This document shows, one piece after another, positions 15,891 to 25,868 of a DNA stretch of 43,753 bases. Position 1 is the stretch's first letter. Every line of letters begins with the position of its first letter. The notes beneath the pieces are model-generated. The model was given only the letters and a program-made list of their open reading frames with translations, did no database searches and was not told where the DNA came from. The translations under genes were made by a program, and so were the position numbers. The stretch is from IMG/VR virus record IMGVR_UViG_3300045988_081405; one strand, given 5' to 3'. The stretch comes from a virus.

Positions 15891-17792
15891 CTATACTGTT
15901 AATATCATACCAATAATAAAATGCAAAAACTCTTCATCATCCTTGATAGTAGCATATACTGGTTTATGATTTTTATAATCCCAATACTTATATTGCCCAT
16001 TTTCAGTAGGTTCAAATACACTTTCTAAACCTACGCTTAAAACTTCAGTTGAACCACCCTTATAGGTTTTACCAATATATGGGGTTATAAAATTATCTTT
16101 CTTAGCTACTTCGCGACCGTAGCACCGCATATTTAGAATGTTATTTAACTTCTCTTCGACCTCACCTTTAGTCCTCATATCTATGAATTCATTAGATAAA
16201 CGGCTTGCATATTTACTAAAATACTCTACCATGTGGCCTATTTCGTGAAAAGGAGTAGTCTTTCGCACACCATTCATGTTAATTGTAATAAAATTTTCAG
16301 GATTAGGAATATTAGCATATCGAGAAGGACGGCCAGTCATAGCCGCCACACCTGCGAAATAGCCACGCTTAACCTTTCTTGTACTAATTCCTTTTCCGTT
16401 TTCTTCTAGCATATGTCCCCAATCACTCGGATATACATTAAAAGCACTTTGTAATAAAGTTTGGTTTTTCTTAACGCTACCAGGAGCCCAGGAGCTGTCA
16501 GGAATTTTATAACCAACATCACGATATTGAGAGATGACTTTTGCTAATTCGTCTTTATTACCTATCAAATTGATAATATCGTGCTTTTCAACAGCAGCTT
16601 TTCCTACATTAATTATATCTTGCGGAGTCGCTTTTGATAAATCAAGTTTAGTAATCATATCGGTAAGAGTTTCAGTTTTAGGTTTAACAATTTCAGAAGT
16701 TACTTCTCTTATGCTTTTTTGTTCACTACGCCATTGAGAGAACGTTTTAGACTTATCAACATATACTGCCTTCCAGTTATCATAGTCCATATTGCGAGGT
16801 ACTTTCTCGTATCGTGTAGGCTCGTTCTTATTAGCTTTTGCCATTTTAACAGTACGAGAACCGCTAGTCCCTTTTTTATCTAGCGTACCTGCTATTGTGG
16901 ATCTACATCGTGGATGTAGTGGTGGAACATTCGTTCCAACTTCAGCATCGGCAATAGGATATATATTGTTATCGTGCTCACGGCAAGTTGAGGATGTTCG
17001 CTTATCTATGGTAGCTATGAATTGAAAATACTCCATATTAGCAGACTTCAAGGAGTCTAATGTAGCTTGATTATGAACATAATTGAGTTCAGTCCTAACA
17101 AGTCTAACAGCGTTATTTTTCGATACGTTCATACGTTCTTGAACTTCTTTAGCTAGCTTTTCGACTGATGTTCCTCGATGTACATTACTAACAATAACAT
17201 CCTGAATAGTCTTTGACAGCTTATCAGAGTTATCCCAAATGCGAGTACTATAATTCTTACCGCTCCACGGAGTACGCAACACGCTTTCAACATGTTTGTT
17301 ATCAACAGCAACGCCTAAAGGGCCTTGTCCTCGTTTAGCTAGTTCATATGCAGAATGTAACCGATTATCTTTATACGCAGACTTTAAAAAGCCAGTAATC
17401 GATGCATTTGTTTTTTGCCCTAGCTTATCTATCTCAATAAGTGTATCGCCATACAACTTATCAAGCCTAGATATACGAGAACGCATGGAAAGAGTATTTA
17501 ATTCCAGTAACGTTTTAGGGTTGCCAGTTTCTTTATACTCTTTCATGTACTCTTCAACGTCTTTTTTCCAAGTTCTAAACTCAGGACCATTGATTAACTT
17601 TTTAGCTTCGGCAATAGATATACCATTATCACTAGCGAACTTTCCATAAAGCTGTTCAATGTTAGCTTGAATGCGTTGAGCTGACCGTTCATATTGAGCA
17701 GCAAGCTCTTTTTCTACGGTTTCCTGGCTCTTCTTATTCCATTCTTCCTCGCGTTCAGTGCTTCTCCTAGCCCAATATGAGTCAGCTCCCAT
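15891..17792 (-). CDS. Minor head protein (MuF/SPP1 gp7 family) fused to a C-terminal HExxH metallopeptidase-like domain
   Basis: MuF signature CREHDN...PPLHPRCRST in the N-terminal half. FHEIGHMVE is encoded at 16233-16247 within a roughly 300-aa C-terminal extension. Confidence 0.75.
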   Translation of the reverse strand: MGADSYWARRSTEREEEWNKKSQETVEKELAAQYERSAQRIQANIEQLYGKFASDNGISIAEAKKLINGPEFRTWKKDVEEYMKEYKETGNPKTLLELNTLSMRSRISRLDKLYGDTLIEIDKLGQKTNASITGFLKSAYKDNRLHSAYELAKRGQGPLGVAVDNKHVESVLRTPWSGKNYSTRIWDNSDKLSKTIQDVIVSNVHRGTSVEKLAKEVQERMNVSKNNAVRLVRTELNYVHNQATLDSLKSANMEYFQFIATIDKRTSSTCREHDNNIYPIADAEVGTNVPPLHPRCRSTIAGTLDKKGTSGSRTVKMAKANKNEPTRYEKVPRNMDYDNWKAVYVDKSKTFSQWRSEQKSIREVTSEIVKPKTETLTDMITKLDLSKATPQDIINVGKAAVEKHDIINLIGNKDELAKVISQYRDVGYKIPDSSWAPGSVKKNQTLLQSAFNVYPSDWGHMLEENGKGISTRKVKRGYFAGVAAMTGRPSRYANIPNPENFITINMNGVRKTTPFHEIGHMVEYFSKYASRLSNEFIDMRTKGEVEEKLNNILNMRCYGREVAKKDNFITPYIGKTYKGGSTEVLSVGLESVFEPTENGQYKYWDYKNHKPVYATIKDDEEFLHFIIGMILTV

Positions 17793-17803
17793 AATTACAC
17801 CCC

Positions 17804-18772
17804 TTAACCTAATTTATGAGTAAATTTAACAATGCGAATTTGCTTAGGTTCATACACACGTTTCCAGTTACCTGCATCTTTTAATTCTGCACGAGAAACA
17901 GACTCAGCATGTGCACGAGTTGTATTTTGCCATGCTACCCCACGTGGATGCATGATAAATGCTTTACGCATAATCAAGTAGTCAACACCGGAACCTTTCT
18001 TTTCGTCGCGGTCTACAGCTGCTTGTTTCAAGCCTACTGGATTGCCAACACCAAATGCAATAGCACCTTCACCAAATAAGTAAGTAGTGTACTTATCTGT
18101 ATCAACAGGGCAACCATCATCAACGATAACACGACGGCCCATGTAAGTATCAAAAGATACTGCATCAGATTGACGGATCGTTTGGATTAAGTTCAATTTA
18201 TCAAGATAAGATTTTGTAGCGGAGTGCATAACAACTGCTGTCAAAGAGTTACGAGCATCGCCCATAAGTTGCATTGCGTCGATGAACGCTTCGCCGGAGA
18301 AGTTAGCCGCTTTACCTGTTTTACCGGAAATATCTAAAATATGGTCTGTCATGCTAGTAGATGCAAATACACCATCAAGGATATTCAACAATTCCTTTTG
18401 ATGGTCGCGAGCCCAAAATCCTGCAGCTAAATCACCAATAGCTTTCATAGGGTCAGTACCAGCTAATTGAGCAGCCAAGTCTGTGGAGCTCCACATTTTA
18501 GCACGTCGAATTGTAGTGGACGTATCTTTATTGGATGTGATTTTTGCTGCTGTAAGGTCTTGACCTTCGATTACGTCTTCAGAGTCGCCAGTTAAATCGT
18601 TAAAGAATGGCATGTTATGAACCTGTGCTGGTTCACTTGCTAATTTGTCGAATTGAGAGTCGCGAGTGATAATTCCAGATTGGAAAATAGCGGACAATTC
18701 AGCCGTACGATTTACAACATAATTTGCAAAGAACGGCGTAGGGTTAATAATGTCTTGTAAAGTTGTTCCCAT
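17804..18772 (-). CDS. Major capsid protein
   Basis: 322 aa, directly after the scaffold gene. Confidence 0.75.
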   Translation of the reverse strand: MGTTLQDIINPTPFFANYVVNRTAELSAIFQSGIITRDSQFDKLASEPAQVHNMPFFNDLTGDSEDVIEGQDLTAAKITSNKDTSTTIRRAKMWSSTDLAAQLAGTDPMKAIGDLAAGFWARDHQKELLNILDGVFASTSMTDHILDISGKTGKAANFSGEAFIDAMQLMGDARNSLTAVVMHSATKSYLDKLNLIQTIRQSDAVSFDTYMGRRVIVDDGCPVDTDKYTTYLFGEGAIAFGVGNPVGLKQAAVDRDEKKGSGVDYLIMRKAFIMHPRGVAWQNTTRAHAESVSRAELKDAGNWKRVYEPKQIRIVKFTHKLG

Positions 18773-18788
18773 TAGTTACCTCCTAGGG

Positions 18789-19421
18789 TTAGAAATTAAT
18801 TTCAACACCTGCTTCACTTGCTAATTGTTTAGCTTTAACAGGGTCTTTAGAGAATAGTTCCGCTTGTTGCGTTAGATTGTAATGTTCTTTAGAGAATGGG
18901 TTATTTGTAGGCGTGCCACTTCCCTTGTTAGGGTCATATTTGAATTTAGGGTCGCCTTCAGGTTTAAATAAGAATGATTTGTTGGTCTTTAATTCCTTTA
19001 ATTGCTCATTCAAACCAGTTACTTTGCCATCTTCCCCAAGAATGAGTTTAGACTTATCAATCAAGTTAGCTACGAGTTCAGCGTCCTGAGCTGTATCACC
19101 GATTGCTAATTGAACAGCAGTAGATATTTTTAAGTTCTTTAAATCTTGCTCCGCTTTTAAAGCATTAGCTTTATTTTCGGCTTGCAGTTTAGTGATTTTA
19201 TCTTTAAGAGTTGTAATATCACCCTCGCTGTCCTTTAATGTCTTTAACTGTTTATCACGGTCTGCAACAGTGGTTTCAAGGTTTTTCTTTTCCGCGATAA
19301 CCTCGTTAAATCGCGATTTAGGTACATATTCACCATCCAAGAACGCTTTAAATTCTTGCGTTGCGTTTTCGATTTTATCTTCCGCAATGCCTAATTTTTG
19401 TAATAATTCTTTTAGTGTCAT
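18789..19421 (-). CDS. Scaffolding protein
   Basis: 210 aa, charged coiled coil, between portal and capsid genes. Confidence 0.7.
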   Translation of the reverse strand: MTLKELLQKLGIAEDKIENATQEFKAFLDGEYVPKSRFNEVIAEKKNLETTVADRDKQLKTLKDSEGDITTLKDKITKLQAENKANALKAEQDLKNLKISTAVQLAIGDTAQDAELVANLIDKSKLILGEDGKVTGLNEQLKELKTNKSFLFKPEGDPKFKYDPNKGSGTPTNNPFSKEHYNLTQQAELFSKDPVKAKQLASEAGVEINF

Positions 19422-19494
19422 GTAGTTTCTCCTATCCGGTTTTTACCGTGGTTTACCTGCCACGAGTTACTAGAGATTAAATTTATATATATAA

Positions 19495-20934
19495 CTATTG
19501 GTCCTCGTGTTCATCATCGTCATGGTCGTTCATAGAGCCATCGTCATGATGTTCATGTTGCCAATCATCATAAATACCATTGTTAGATTCTGCCTCTTCG
19601 GCTTCGATTTGTTTAAGTTCCTCGTTTACATCTTCAACGAATGGGTGATGAGCGAGAATACTACGTTTAGAAACAACTCCCATTGATTGAGAGCACATGT
19701 TAACTAAATCACTATCATTCTTAACCGATGTACGAGTCCATGTTTGATTAATAGTTACCTTATCATTGCCATGAAATTTGCAAATAGCACGGATAAGTTG
19801 ATTAAAACCTAACTGAAATTCTGTTTCCATCATGCCAGCTTTTAATTCAAGCAACGTATATAAGAACTTCATCGCCTCACCACTCGTTCCATCTAATCCT
19901 TGTTGCTGTGGATCCACACCTTGGCCCATATCAAAGATAGCTTTGCGAGTAATATCAAGCAGTTCCTTGCGTGCTTCAATTGGAATATCAATCGTTAATG
20001 TAGAAATACCGCTTTTATCATCAGGACCAGTAGAGTCCATTTGAATTGCCTTATATTTCTTCATTCCGTTTAAGAACTCAGCTAAATCTTCGCCACCATA
20101 ATTAGTCAGTACAAATATAACTTCTTGCACATCCTCAAGGTCATTTAAGAAACCGCTGTATGTTTTGTCATACACATCAATAAGTTTCTTAATACGGTTT
20201 AAATCAGGCGTATATGTAGCATTGTTAGCAAACGGAATAAAAGGAACTGCGCCCATATCATGTGGCATAGTATCGACTTCAACCATAGCACCAGTAGGGT
20301 CAATCATCGCAAACGCTAAATAAGGTTGGAGCTGGTCTACTACATCACCACTTCGAATAGAAAAGGCTTGTACTTCCTTATCATTCCAAAATTCATAAAC
20401 CGTGATATTTTCGCCTACCTCGTTTGTATCCTCATATACCCTAAACACGCCCTCTAGTTTAGTATTGATATGATTATTCCATACAGGCACAATTTGAGTC
20501 GCTGGAATGGTGGCCCATTGAAAGTTCTTATCTTCATCTATCCAATAATGAACCCAAGCGATACCGCCATTTGTTGCTTTAACGCATAAATCTTTACATT
20601 TCTTTTCGTAAGCATCGCCTAAATCTTCAAGAATAGCATCGTTTAACACGTCATTCTTAACATCAAATATAGGTGGTGCTGTAAACATGTATGCGGTTTT
20701 TTGATCTACTAACAATGGGTAAAAAGAATAGGCGATACGATTATCTGCTTGATGCATAGGGTTAAACGTGTCGCCTTTTCGTTGTGCCTCTTCCTGGCTT
20801 TTAGGTTTTTCTTTTAGGTAATTAATATCGTTATCTACCATGTAATAGCGTTCAGATACCATCATTTGTGAAATAACATCACCATGTCGAGGCATATGCT
20901 TTTTAATTAGCTTTTTAATTAATTCAATATCCAA
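19495..20934 (-). CDS. Portal protein (SPP1 gp6-like)
   Basis: 479 aa after TerL, with an acidic/His-rich C-terminal tail. Confidence 0.8.
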   Translation of the reverse strand: MDIELIKKLIKKHMPRHGDVISQMMVSERYYMVDNDINYLKEKPKSQEEAQRKGDTFNPMHQADNRIAYSFYPLLVDQKTAYMFTAPPIFDVKNDVLNDAILEDLGDAYEKKCKDLCVKATNGGIAWVHYWIDEDKNFQWATIPATQIVPVWNNHINTKLEGVFRVYEDTNEVGENITVYEFWNDKEVQAFSIRSGDVVDQLQPYLAFAMIDPTGAMVEVDTMPHDMGAVPFIPFANNATYTPDLNRIKKLIDVYDKTYSGFLNDLEDVQEVIFVLTNYGGEDLAEFLNGMKKYKAIQMDSTGPDDKSGISTLTIDIPIEARKELLDITRKAIFDMGQGVDPQQQGLDGTSGEAMKFLYTLLELKAGMMETEFQLGFNQLIRAICKFHGNDKVTINQTWTRTSVKNDSDLVNMCSQSMGVVSKRSILAHHPFVEDVNEELKQIEAEEAESNNGIYDDWQHEHHDDGSMNDHDDDEHEDQ

Positions 20935-20947
20935 TCTTTCACCTTCC

Positions 20948-22213
20948 TTATTTCAATATGCGAACACCTTTACGGCCATCGAACTCTTCCATAGCGTAAC
21001 GCATGGCGTCCATTAAATGGTTGAAATCATCTATAGGCTTATTTATCGCATTGTCGAACTTATCTTTATCCCATGTGTAATTACTAATTTCTGTAATGAA
21101 ATTAACACACCTAGGATGAATAATAATTTTATAATCCTGGATAATCGAAATGCCGGCACGAATTGAGTCAGGTCCTTTTTTGGCTGCTCTAATTCTAGTG
21201 AGGCCAGCCTTGCGTAAATACGCAATCGATTTAGGTTCCGCGCTATCTGCTTTAATTCGTTCTTTGGAATATCCCATTCCGGATACTTTTGACAAAATAT
21301 CTTCATTGCTCATACCCTTTTCGTACATTTCGTCAAATACATATATTTCACGAGCTACTGTATCAACCAGGCCACAAAACAACGTGCTAGGGTCATTGAC
21401 ATACCCAAAGTCCATACCAAAGGCGGAACGTACACTAGGCTTTATTGATATTTCATGTACATCAAATACACGCTCTTCCCAATTTTCATAAACTAGACCT
21501 TCAACGATACCCCACTCACCAAGGCCAGCGGTTCTATACCGACGAGGGTTTTTCTTCATTTCCTCAAATAGTACCAAGTCCGCTTCGCTTAGAAACTCAT
21601 TGCACATGTAATTCGTAGTCATCGCCAGTACATTTTTACTAGGCTCGTCAAAGAATCGTTTCTTTAACCAGTGTCTATCAGACCATGGGTTAAAAGTAAG
21701 CACAACCTGGTGATACATTCCTTTAGGTAGCTGGCCACGAATACTTTCATCTAGTCGGTCAAACGCGTCCTCGCTGGTTATTTCGTACGCCTCCTCTATC
21801 CATAGCCTACACAACGAACCAACTTCAACGGTAATGGATGTAACCTTTAAAGGATCATCAAGGCCGCGGAATAATATTTTTTGTCCAGTCGGTTTATAAG
21901 TTATTTCCAAAGGTGATGTGCTGCACTTGAAAAAGTTATCCACCTTCAATCGGTGGATAGCCCATTTGAGTTGTGCATAACAGCTATCACGCAATGTGCG
22001 TTCAACTTTGCGAACTACCAACCAATTAATATTAGGGTTTTCAATAATTTCAGTAATAACCTTAAGTGATTGAGTTGAAGATTTTTTGCTTGCACGGCTA
22101 CCCTTAACAGCTTTATAACGGCCTTTAAATCGCCAAAATGCACCATAATGCTTTCCTACAATGCTAGGAAGATGAACGATAACTTGATTATCTTTAGTCT
22201 TCAATTTCATCAC
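20948..22213 (-). CDS. terL: Terminase large subunit (PBSX/XtmB family)
   Basis: 421 aa with an ATPase N-terminal and nuclease C-terminal layout. Overlaps the TerS stop. Confidence 0.85.
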   Translation of the reverse strand: MMKLKTKDNQVIVHLPSIVGKHYGAFWRFKGRYKAVKGSRASKKSSTQSLKVITEIIENPNINWLVVRKVERTLRDSCYAQLKWAIHRLKVDNFFKCSTSPLEITYKPTGQKILFRGLDDPLKVTSITVEVGSLCRLWIEEAYEITSEDAFDRLDESIRGQLPKGMYHQVVLTFNPWSDRHWLKKRFFDEPSKNVLAMTTNYMCNEFLSEADLVLFEEMKKNPRRYRTAGLGEWGIVEGLVYENWEERVFDVHEISIKPSVRSAFGMDFGYVNDPSTLFCGLVDTVAREIYVFDEMYEKGMSNEDILSKVSGMGYSKERIKADSAEPKSIAYLRKAGLTRIRAAKKGPDSIRAGISIIQDYKIIIHPRCVNFITEISNYTWDKDKFDNAINKPIDDFNHLMDAMRYAMEEFDGRKGVRILK

Positions 22214-22907
22214 CGCCTACAATAATAGGAACGAGCGTTTTATTATCTTCGTTTTGTTGTTTGATAACAGAAACTTCATTTTTGAGTTTAGCAATACGAG
22301 CTTTTTGCTCTTCAGTAGCTAATTCACTTCGGCACAATTCGTCATACTGCTTAATTAATCTCGCCAGTGTATCCATCGCTTTTGACTGTGCTTTAAGGAA
22401 CTTCTCCATACGAATATCTGCTGTAATTGTGTCAACATGCTTTTCAATTCGTTTAGTGTTCCCAAACTGGTCGCTTTCCTCAACTGTTTGAGTAACGCTT
22501 TCAATTTGCTTGTCTGCATTTTCACTTTCGATGAACATTATCTTTTGTGCTCGTATGATAGCAGCATATTTAATACAAATATTCCCCCATAGTATTTCTA
22601 TGGGGGTTATTGTTTCGATGTCTTCAATTACACCAATCATATCGAGTGGCAAGTACTTCGCAAATAAACCATGTTTAACTGAGTTTCGGTTTCCTATTGG
22701 TGCTCCTCCACTATTGCCAAGTGCGTTCTTATTGCCAATAGGAGCACCTACTTTTTTCTTTGGTGCAGGCTTCTTCTTAGGACGTTTCCAACCATGACGC
22801 TTGCGCCAAGATTTAACTGTTTCGATTGATACACCGTACTTTTCGGCTATATCTTTATAAGGAATGAACTTCTTATAGTCTTTCTCGGCTGCCTCATAGT
22901 TCTTCAC
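22194..22907 (-). CDS. terS: Terminase small subunit (XtmA-like)
   Basis: N-terminal HTH (IAEKYGVSIETVKSWRKRHGW) and repeated GAPIGNxNA motifs typical of this TerS family. Confidence 0.75.
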   Translation of the reverse strand: MKNYEAAEKDYKKFIPYKDIAEKYGVSIETVKSWRKRHGWKRPKKKPAPKKKVGAPIGNKNALGNSGGAPIGNRNSVKHGLFAKYLPLDMIGVIEDIETITPIEILWGNICIKYAAIIRAQKIMFIESENADKQIESVTQTVEESDQFGNTKRIEKHVDTITADIRMEKFLKAQSKAMDTLARLIKQYDELCRSELATEEQKARIAKLKNEVSVIKQQNEDNKTLVPIIVGGDEIED

Positions 22908-22936
22908 ATACTCACCACCTGCCCCTCTACCGATAC

Positions 22937-23128
22937 TTATTTAAGTATTTCATTTGATTTGTGTTTAAGTTTTCCATGTTCTCGTATGCACATACCACCA
23001 ACATGCTTTTTAGCGTGTGTATGAGTTATATATGACTGGCATAAGCCATCATATTCAATAGAATTAGCTGTGCATAGACCTTTTCTATTGTTCAAGCATT
23101 TACGCTTAATACAATTAATAACTGTCAT
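22937..23128 (-). CDS. Small Cys-rich protein (DUF1540-like)
   Basis: 63 aa containing 6 Cys. Confidence 0.45.
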   Translation of the reverse strand: MTVINCIKRKCLNNRKGLCTANSIEYDGLCQSYITHTHAKKHVGGMCIREHGKLKHKSNEILK

Positions 23129-23691
23129 TTCAAACTATCAATAAACTCACGTGTTAAGTCATAATCACTTGTGAATCTACCTTTTTTTGTGGTTGTTACT
23201 GTGTTAGATCCACGCGATTTAATACCGCGAGCTGTAACGCAACTATGCTTCGCTGTGATATGAACAATTACATCCTCACTATCAGTAGCAATAGAAATAA
23301 CTTCGGCGATGTCTTCACCGATTTTTTCTTGTAGTTGTAATCGTTTACAGCACATTTCAGCAATGCGAGGAATTTTAGACAACCCAATCACCTTGCCATT
23401 AGGAATATATCCTACGCTAATATTCATATCGTACATTAACGCTAGGTGATGTTCACACATGGAAAACGTTTCAATATCTTTCACTACAACCATTTGAGAG
23501 GTTTCAACTTCAAATGACTTGCCAAACTTTTCGGCGATTTGTTCGTTTGTGTAGTTCATACCCTCTAATAATTCTAAATACATTTTTGCAGCACGTTTAG
23601 GCGTTTCAACAATACCTTCACGTGTTAAATCTTCACCAAATCCTTTCAAAAGGAGTTTGATGCCTTGCTCAATCATATCTTGATTCATCAT
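23125..23691 (-). CDS. folE: GTP cyclohydrolase I
   Basis: 188 aa with the CEHHL motif and ETPKRAAKMY. Confidence 0.9.
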   Translation of the reverse strand: MMNQDMIEQGIKLLLKGFGEDLTREGIVETPKRAAKMYLELLEGMNYTNEQIAEKFGKSFEVETSQMVVVKDIETFSMCEHHLALMYDMNISVGYIPNGKVIGLSKIPRIAEMCCKRLQLQEKIGEDIAEVISIATDSEDVIVHITAKHSCVTARGIKSRGSNTVTTTKKGRFTSDYDLTREFIDSLK

Positions 23692-23695
23692 ATAG

Positions 23696-24340
23696 CTACA
23701 CTCCTTTCATATCAGGCGGCCAAATAAACTTATGAATTTGTAATTGTAACCTAACGCCTTGTAGGTTATATGTTTTCATATAGTCAACAATGTCTTTAGG
23801 TTCAATCTTGCCAAATACTGGTGATACATAAACTTGTGCTTTAAACTCATTTTCTTCAATCAGTTGACGCATGCGGTTAAGATCATCAAGACTACCGACT
23901 ACGAATTTAATAACATCGCAGTCCTCTAAATCTTGTAATGCTTCCCCATTATTCATAAACTCCTCTTGCTTAGAAGAAGGGCACTTGTAATCAACTGTGA
24001 ACATGACGTTTGGATAATTGCCGTATGAAACCACCGGATTAATGCTGCCGTTAGTTTCAATATTAACGAAATACCTATTCATAACGTTTAGTAATTCCGT
24101 TAAATCTTGCAATAGTGGCTCACCACCTGTGATAGTTACATTTACATTCCCATAACCATCGACTACTTGCATAATTTCTTCAACAGTCATTTCTTTACCA
24201 CCGGTAAAGCTGTATTCAGTATCGCAGTAAGAACAGCGTAAATTACATTCTGCCAAGCGAATAAACGTACATAATTCACCAGCTCGTGTGCCTTCGCCCT
24301 CAATACTACTAAATATTTCAATCACGTTCATATGTTGCAA
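23696..24340 (-). CDS. queE: 7-carboxy-7-deazaguanine synthase (radical SAM)
   Basis: IEGEG and the CNLRCSYCDT radical-SAM cluster motif. The true start is probably the MNVIEIF Met. Confidence 0.85.
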   Translation of the reverse strand: MQHMNVIEIFSSIEGEGTRAGELCTFIRLAECNLRCSYCDTEYSFTGGKEMTVEEIMQVVDGYGNVNVTITGGEPLLQDLTELLNVMNRYFVNIETNGSINPVVSYGNYPNVMFTVDYKCPSSKQEEFMNNGEALQDLEDCDVIKFVVGSLDDLNRMRQLIEENEFKAQVYVSPVFGKIEPKDIVDYMKTYNLQGVRLQLQIHKFIWPPDMKGV

Positions 24341-24656
24341 TATTCCCTTCTGTTTCTTGTACTTCTACCTTGTAGCAGCACTCACCTAACTGGTCGCATA
24401 TCCATTTAGCCATGTTTTCAGCTGTAGGGTTAATATCACCTACTACATCATTAATATGAGCATGGTCCAATCGGTCATGAATAGAACGTTTAATATGAGT
24501 AAAGTCCATAATCATTCCATTATGATTTAGTTTTTCACCTTTCATAAATACAGTTACTATCCAATTATGGCCGTGCAAGTTTTGACATTTGCTTTCATAG
24601 TCTAAATTTAATCTATGACTACCTGCAATCTCCATTCGTTTTGATACATAATACAT
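24318..24656 (-). CDS. queD: 6-carboxy-5,6,7,8-tetrahydropterin synthase
   Basis: 112 aa, T-fold, with the SHRL...C..LHGHN motifs. Confidence 0.85.
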   Translation of the reverse strand: MYYVSKRMEIAGSHRLNLDYESKCQNLHGHNWIVTVFMKGEKLNHNGMIMDFTHIKRSIHDRLDHAHINDVVGDINPTAENMAKWICDQLGECCYKVEVQETEGNIATYERD

Positions 24657-24666
24657 ACATTTCCTC

Positions 24667-25566
24667 CTAATCTTGACTACCTGCTACGCTTTGATAGTCT
24701 AATTTATTTAACAATGCTGATATAGCACAATCGGCTGTTCTAGGTAACGATTTTTCTTTTACCCCAAACAGCCGAGCTTGCTCCATATATTGTTGTCTAA
24801 TTTCTTTATTGTGATAGTTAATGTGCATATTGCCTTTTGACGTTCGGCTAATTCCAAACTGTAAAGGTGCTAGCCACGATGTACTATCTGCTGAGGTACA
24901 GAACTTATTTTGTTTTAGCATTTTAAGATCCGTACAGCCTAATAAGTGAATATCAATTTCAGGCTTTTTATTCTTAATGTACCATGCTAGTCTATGCGTA
25001 TCTTCTCTAAATGTTTTAGGGTTAGTGATACGCAACTCAGGAACACTAATCGCGATATACTCGGCAAATTCAATTAAGCGGTCTAACCCTTTACGGCCAT
25101 CCTCTTTGTGAAATACGTTGATTTGTCTATTCTTTAACTTATTACGCATCCTATATCGCAACTTCCAAGCATCTTCTGGAGATAACACCTTTTGACAATC
25201 AACTTCAACGCATGTCTGCTGTAAATCATTACTGTTAGTAAACTTGATTAATTTATCTTGCCAATCGACCAAATCATCATATGTAAGTTGTTTATCTTTT
25301 GCAGCACCAAACATTAAGGTAAATAACCCACTATCTTGAATTACATGTTTAAATTGCAAATCTTTTCTCATCATTGGAGCATCAGATTTCAATGTAAAGT
25401 CGTCTGTTATTTTTTTGTTGACAATAAACGGATAGCAAGTATACAAGCGATAATTCACGTCTGCTAACTTCAACCCAACAATGCTATTAAAGACATTATC
25501 TGAACCAGCAAAATGGATTTTGATGTTGTTTCCGAACAAGAACGGCACCTCCGTTTGTATCTTCAA
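24667..25566 (-). CDS. dpdA: DpdA-like DNA transglycosylase (TGT superfamily)
   Basis: VIQDSGLFTLMFG (catalytic Asp region) and SADSTSW motifs; context with folE, queD and queE. The start is uncertain (TTG at 25566, or a downstream TTG after GGAGGTG). Confidence 0.7.
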   Translation of the reverse strand: MKIQTEVPFLFGNNIKIHFAGSDNVFNSIVGLKLADVNYRLYTCYPFIVNKKITDDFTLKSDAPMMRKDLQFKHVIQDSGLFTLMFGAAKDKQLTYDDLVDWQDKLIKFTNSNDLQQTCVEVDCQKVLSPEDAWKLRYRMRNKLKNRQINVFHKEDGRKGLDRLIEFAEYIAISVPELRITNPKTFREDTHRLAWYIKNKKPEIDIHLLGCTDLKMLKQNKFCTSADSTSWLAPLQFGISRTSKGNMHINYHNKEIRQQYMEQARLFGVKEKSLPRTADCAISALLNKLDYQSVAGSQD

Positions 25567-25867
25567 TTACTTTGCAATAAGTTGCCGTTGGATATTCCGC
25601 CATAAGCCATTCAGCAATATGTTCACATGACATACTTTCGAATTGTGCATATCCTAAACTATCGCCGAATTCTTTTAAAATACGGTCTTTAATAATTCGT
25701 TGTTCATCGATGAACTCAATTTCACGATTAAGATCCATCACTGGGATATGTAATTCAATATTGAACATATGACGATGATTATTTCTTAAATACCCATATT
25801 TAGCAGGTGCATTTCTCCAGTAATGAAAGCCTTCTACGGTTACATTACATACAATAAAACTATCCAT
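25496..25867 (-). CDS. QueD-like T-fold paralogue of unknown function
   Basis: VEGFHYWRNAP..YLRNNHRHMFNIEL parallels the QueD pattern H..L....C..LHGHN..V.V. GAGGTG RBS. The ATG at 25867 abuts the ParB-like stop. Confidence 0.55.
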   Translation of the reverse strand: MDSFIVCNVTVEGFHYWRNAPAKYGYLRNNHRHMFNIELHIPVMDLNREIEFIDEQRIIKDRILKEFGDSLGYAQFESMSCEHIAEWLMAEYPTATYCKVIEDTNGGAVLVRKQHQNPFCWFR

Positions 25868-25868
25868 A

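Noticed and set aside
25496-25566. The 70-nt overlap between the T-fold paralogue and dpdA as a sign of a frameshifted pseudogene
   Set aside because: Both ORFs have intact family motifs. The dpdA start is probably further downstream (a TTG after GGAGGTG), which shortens the overlap. There is no evidence of a disrupted frame.
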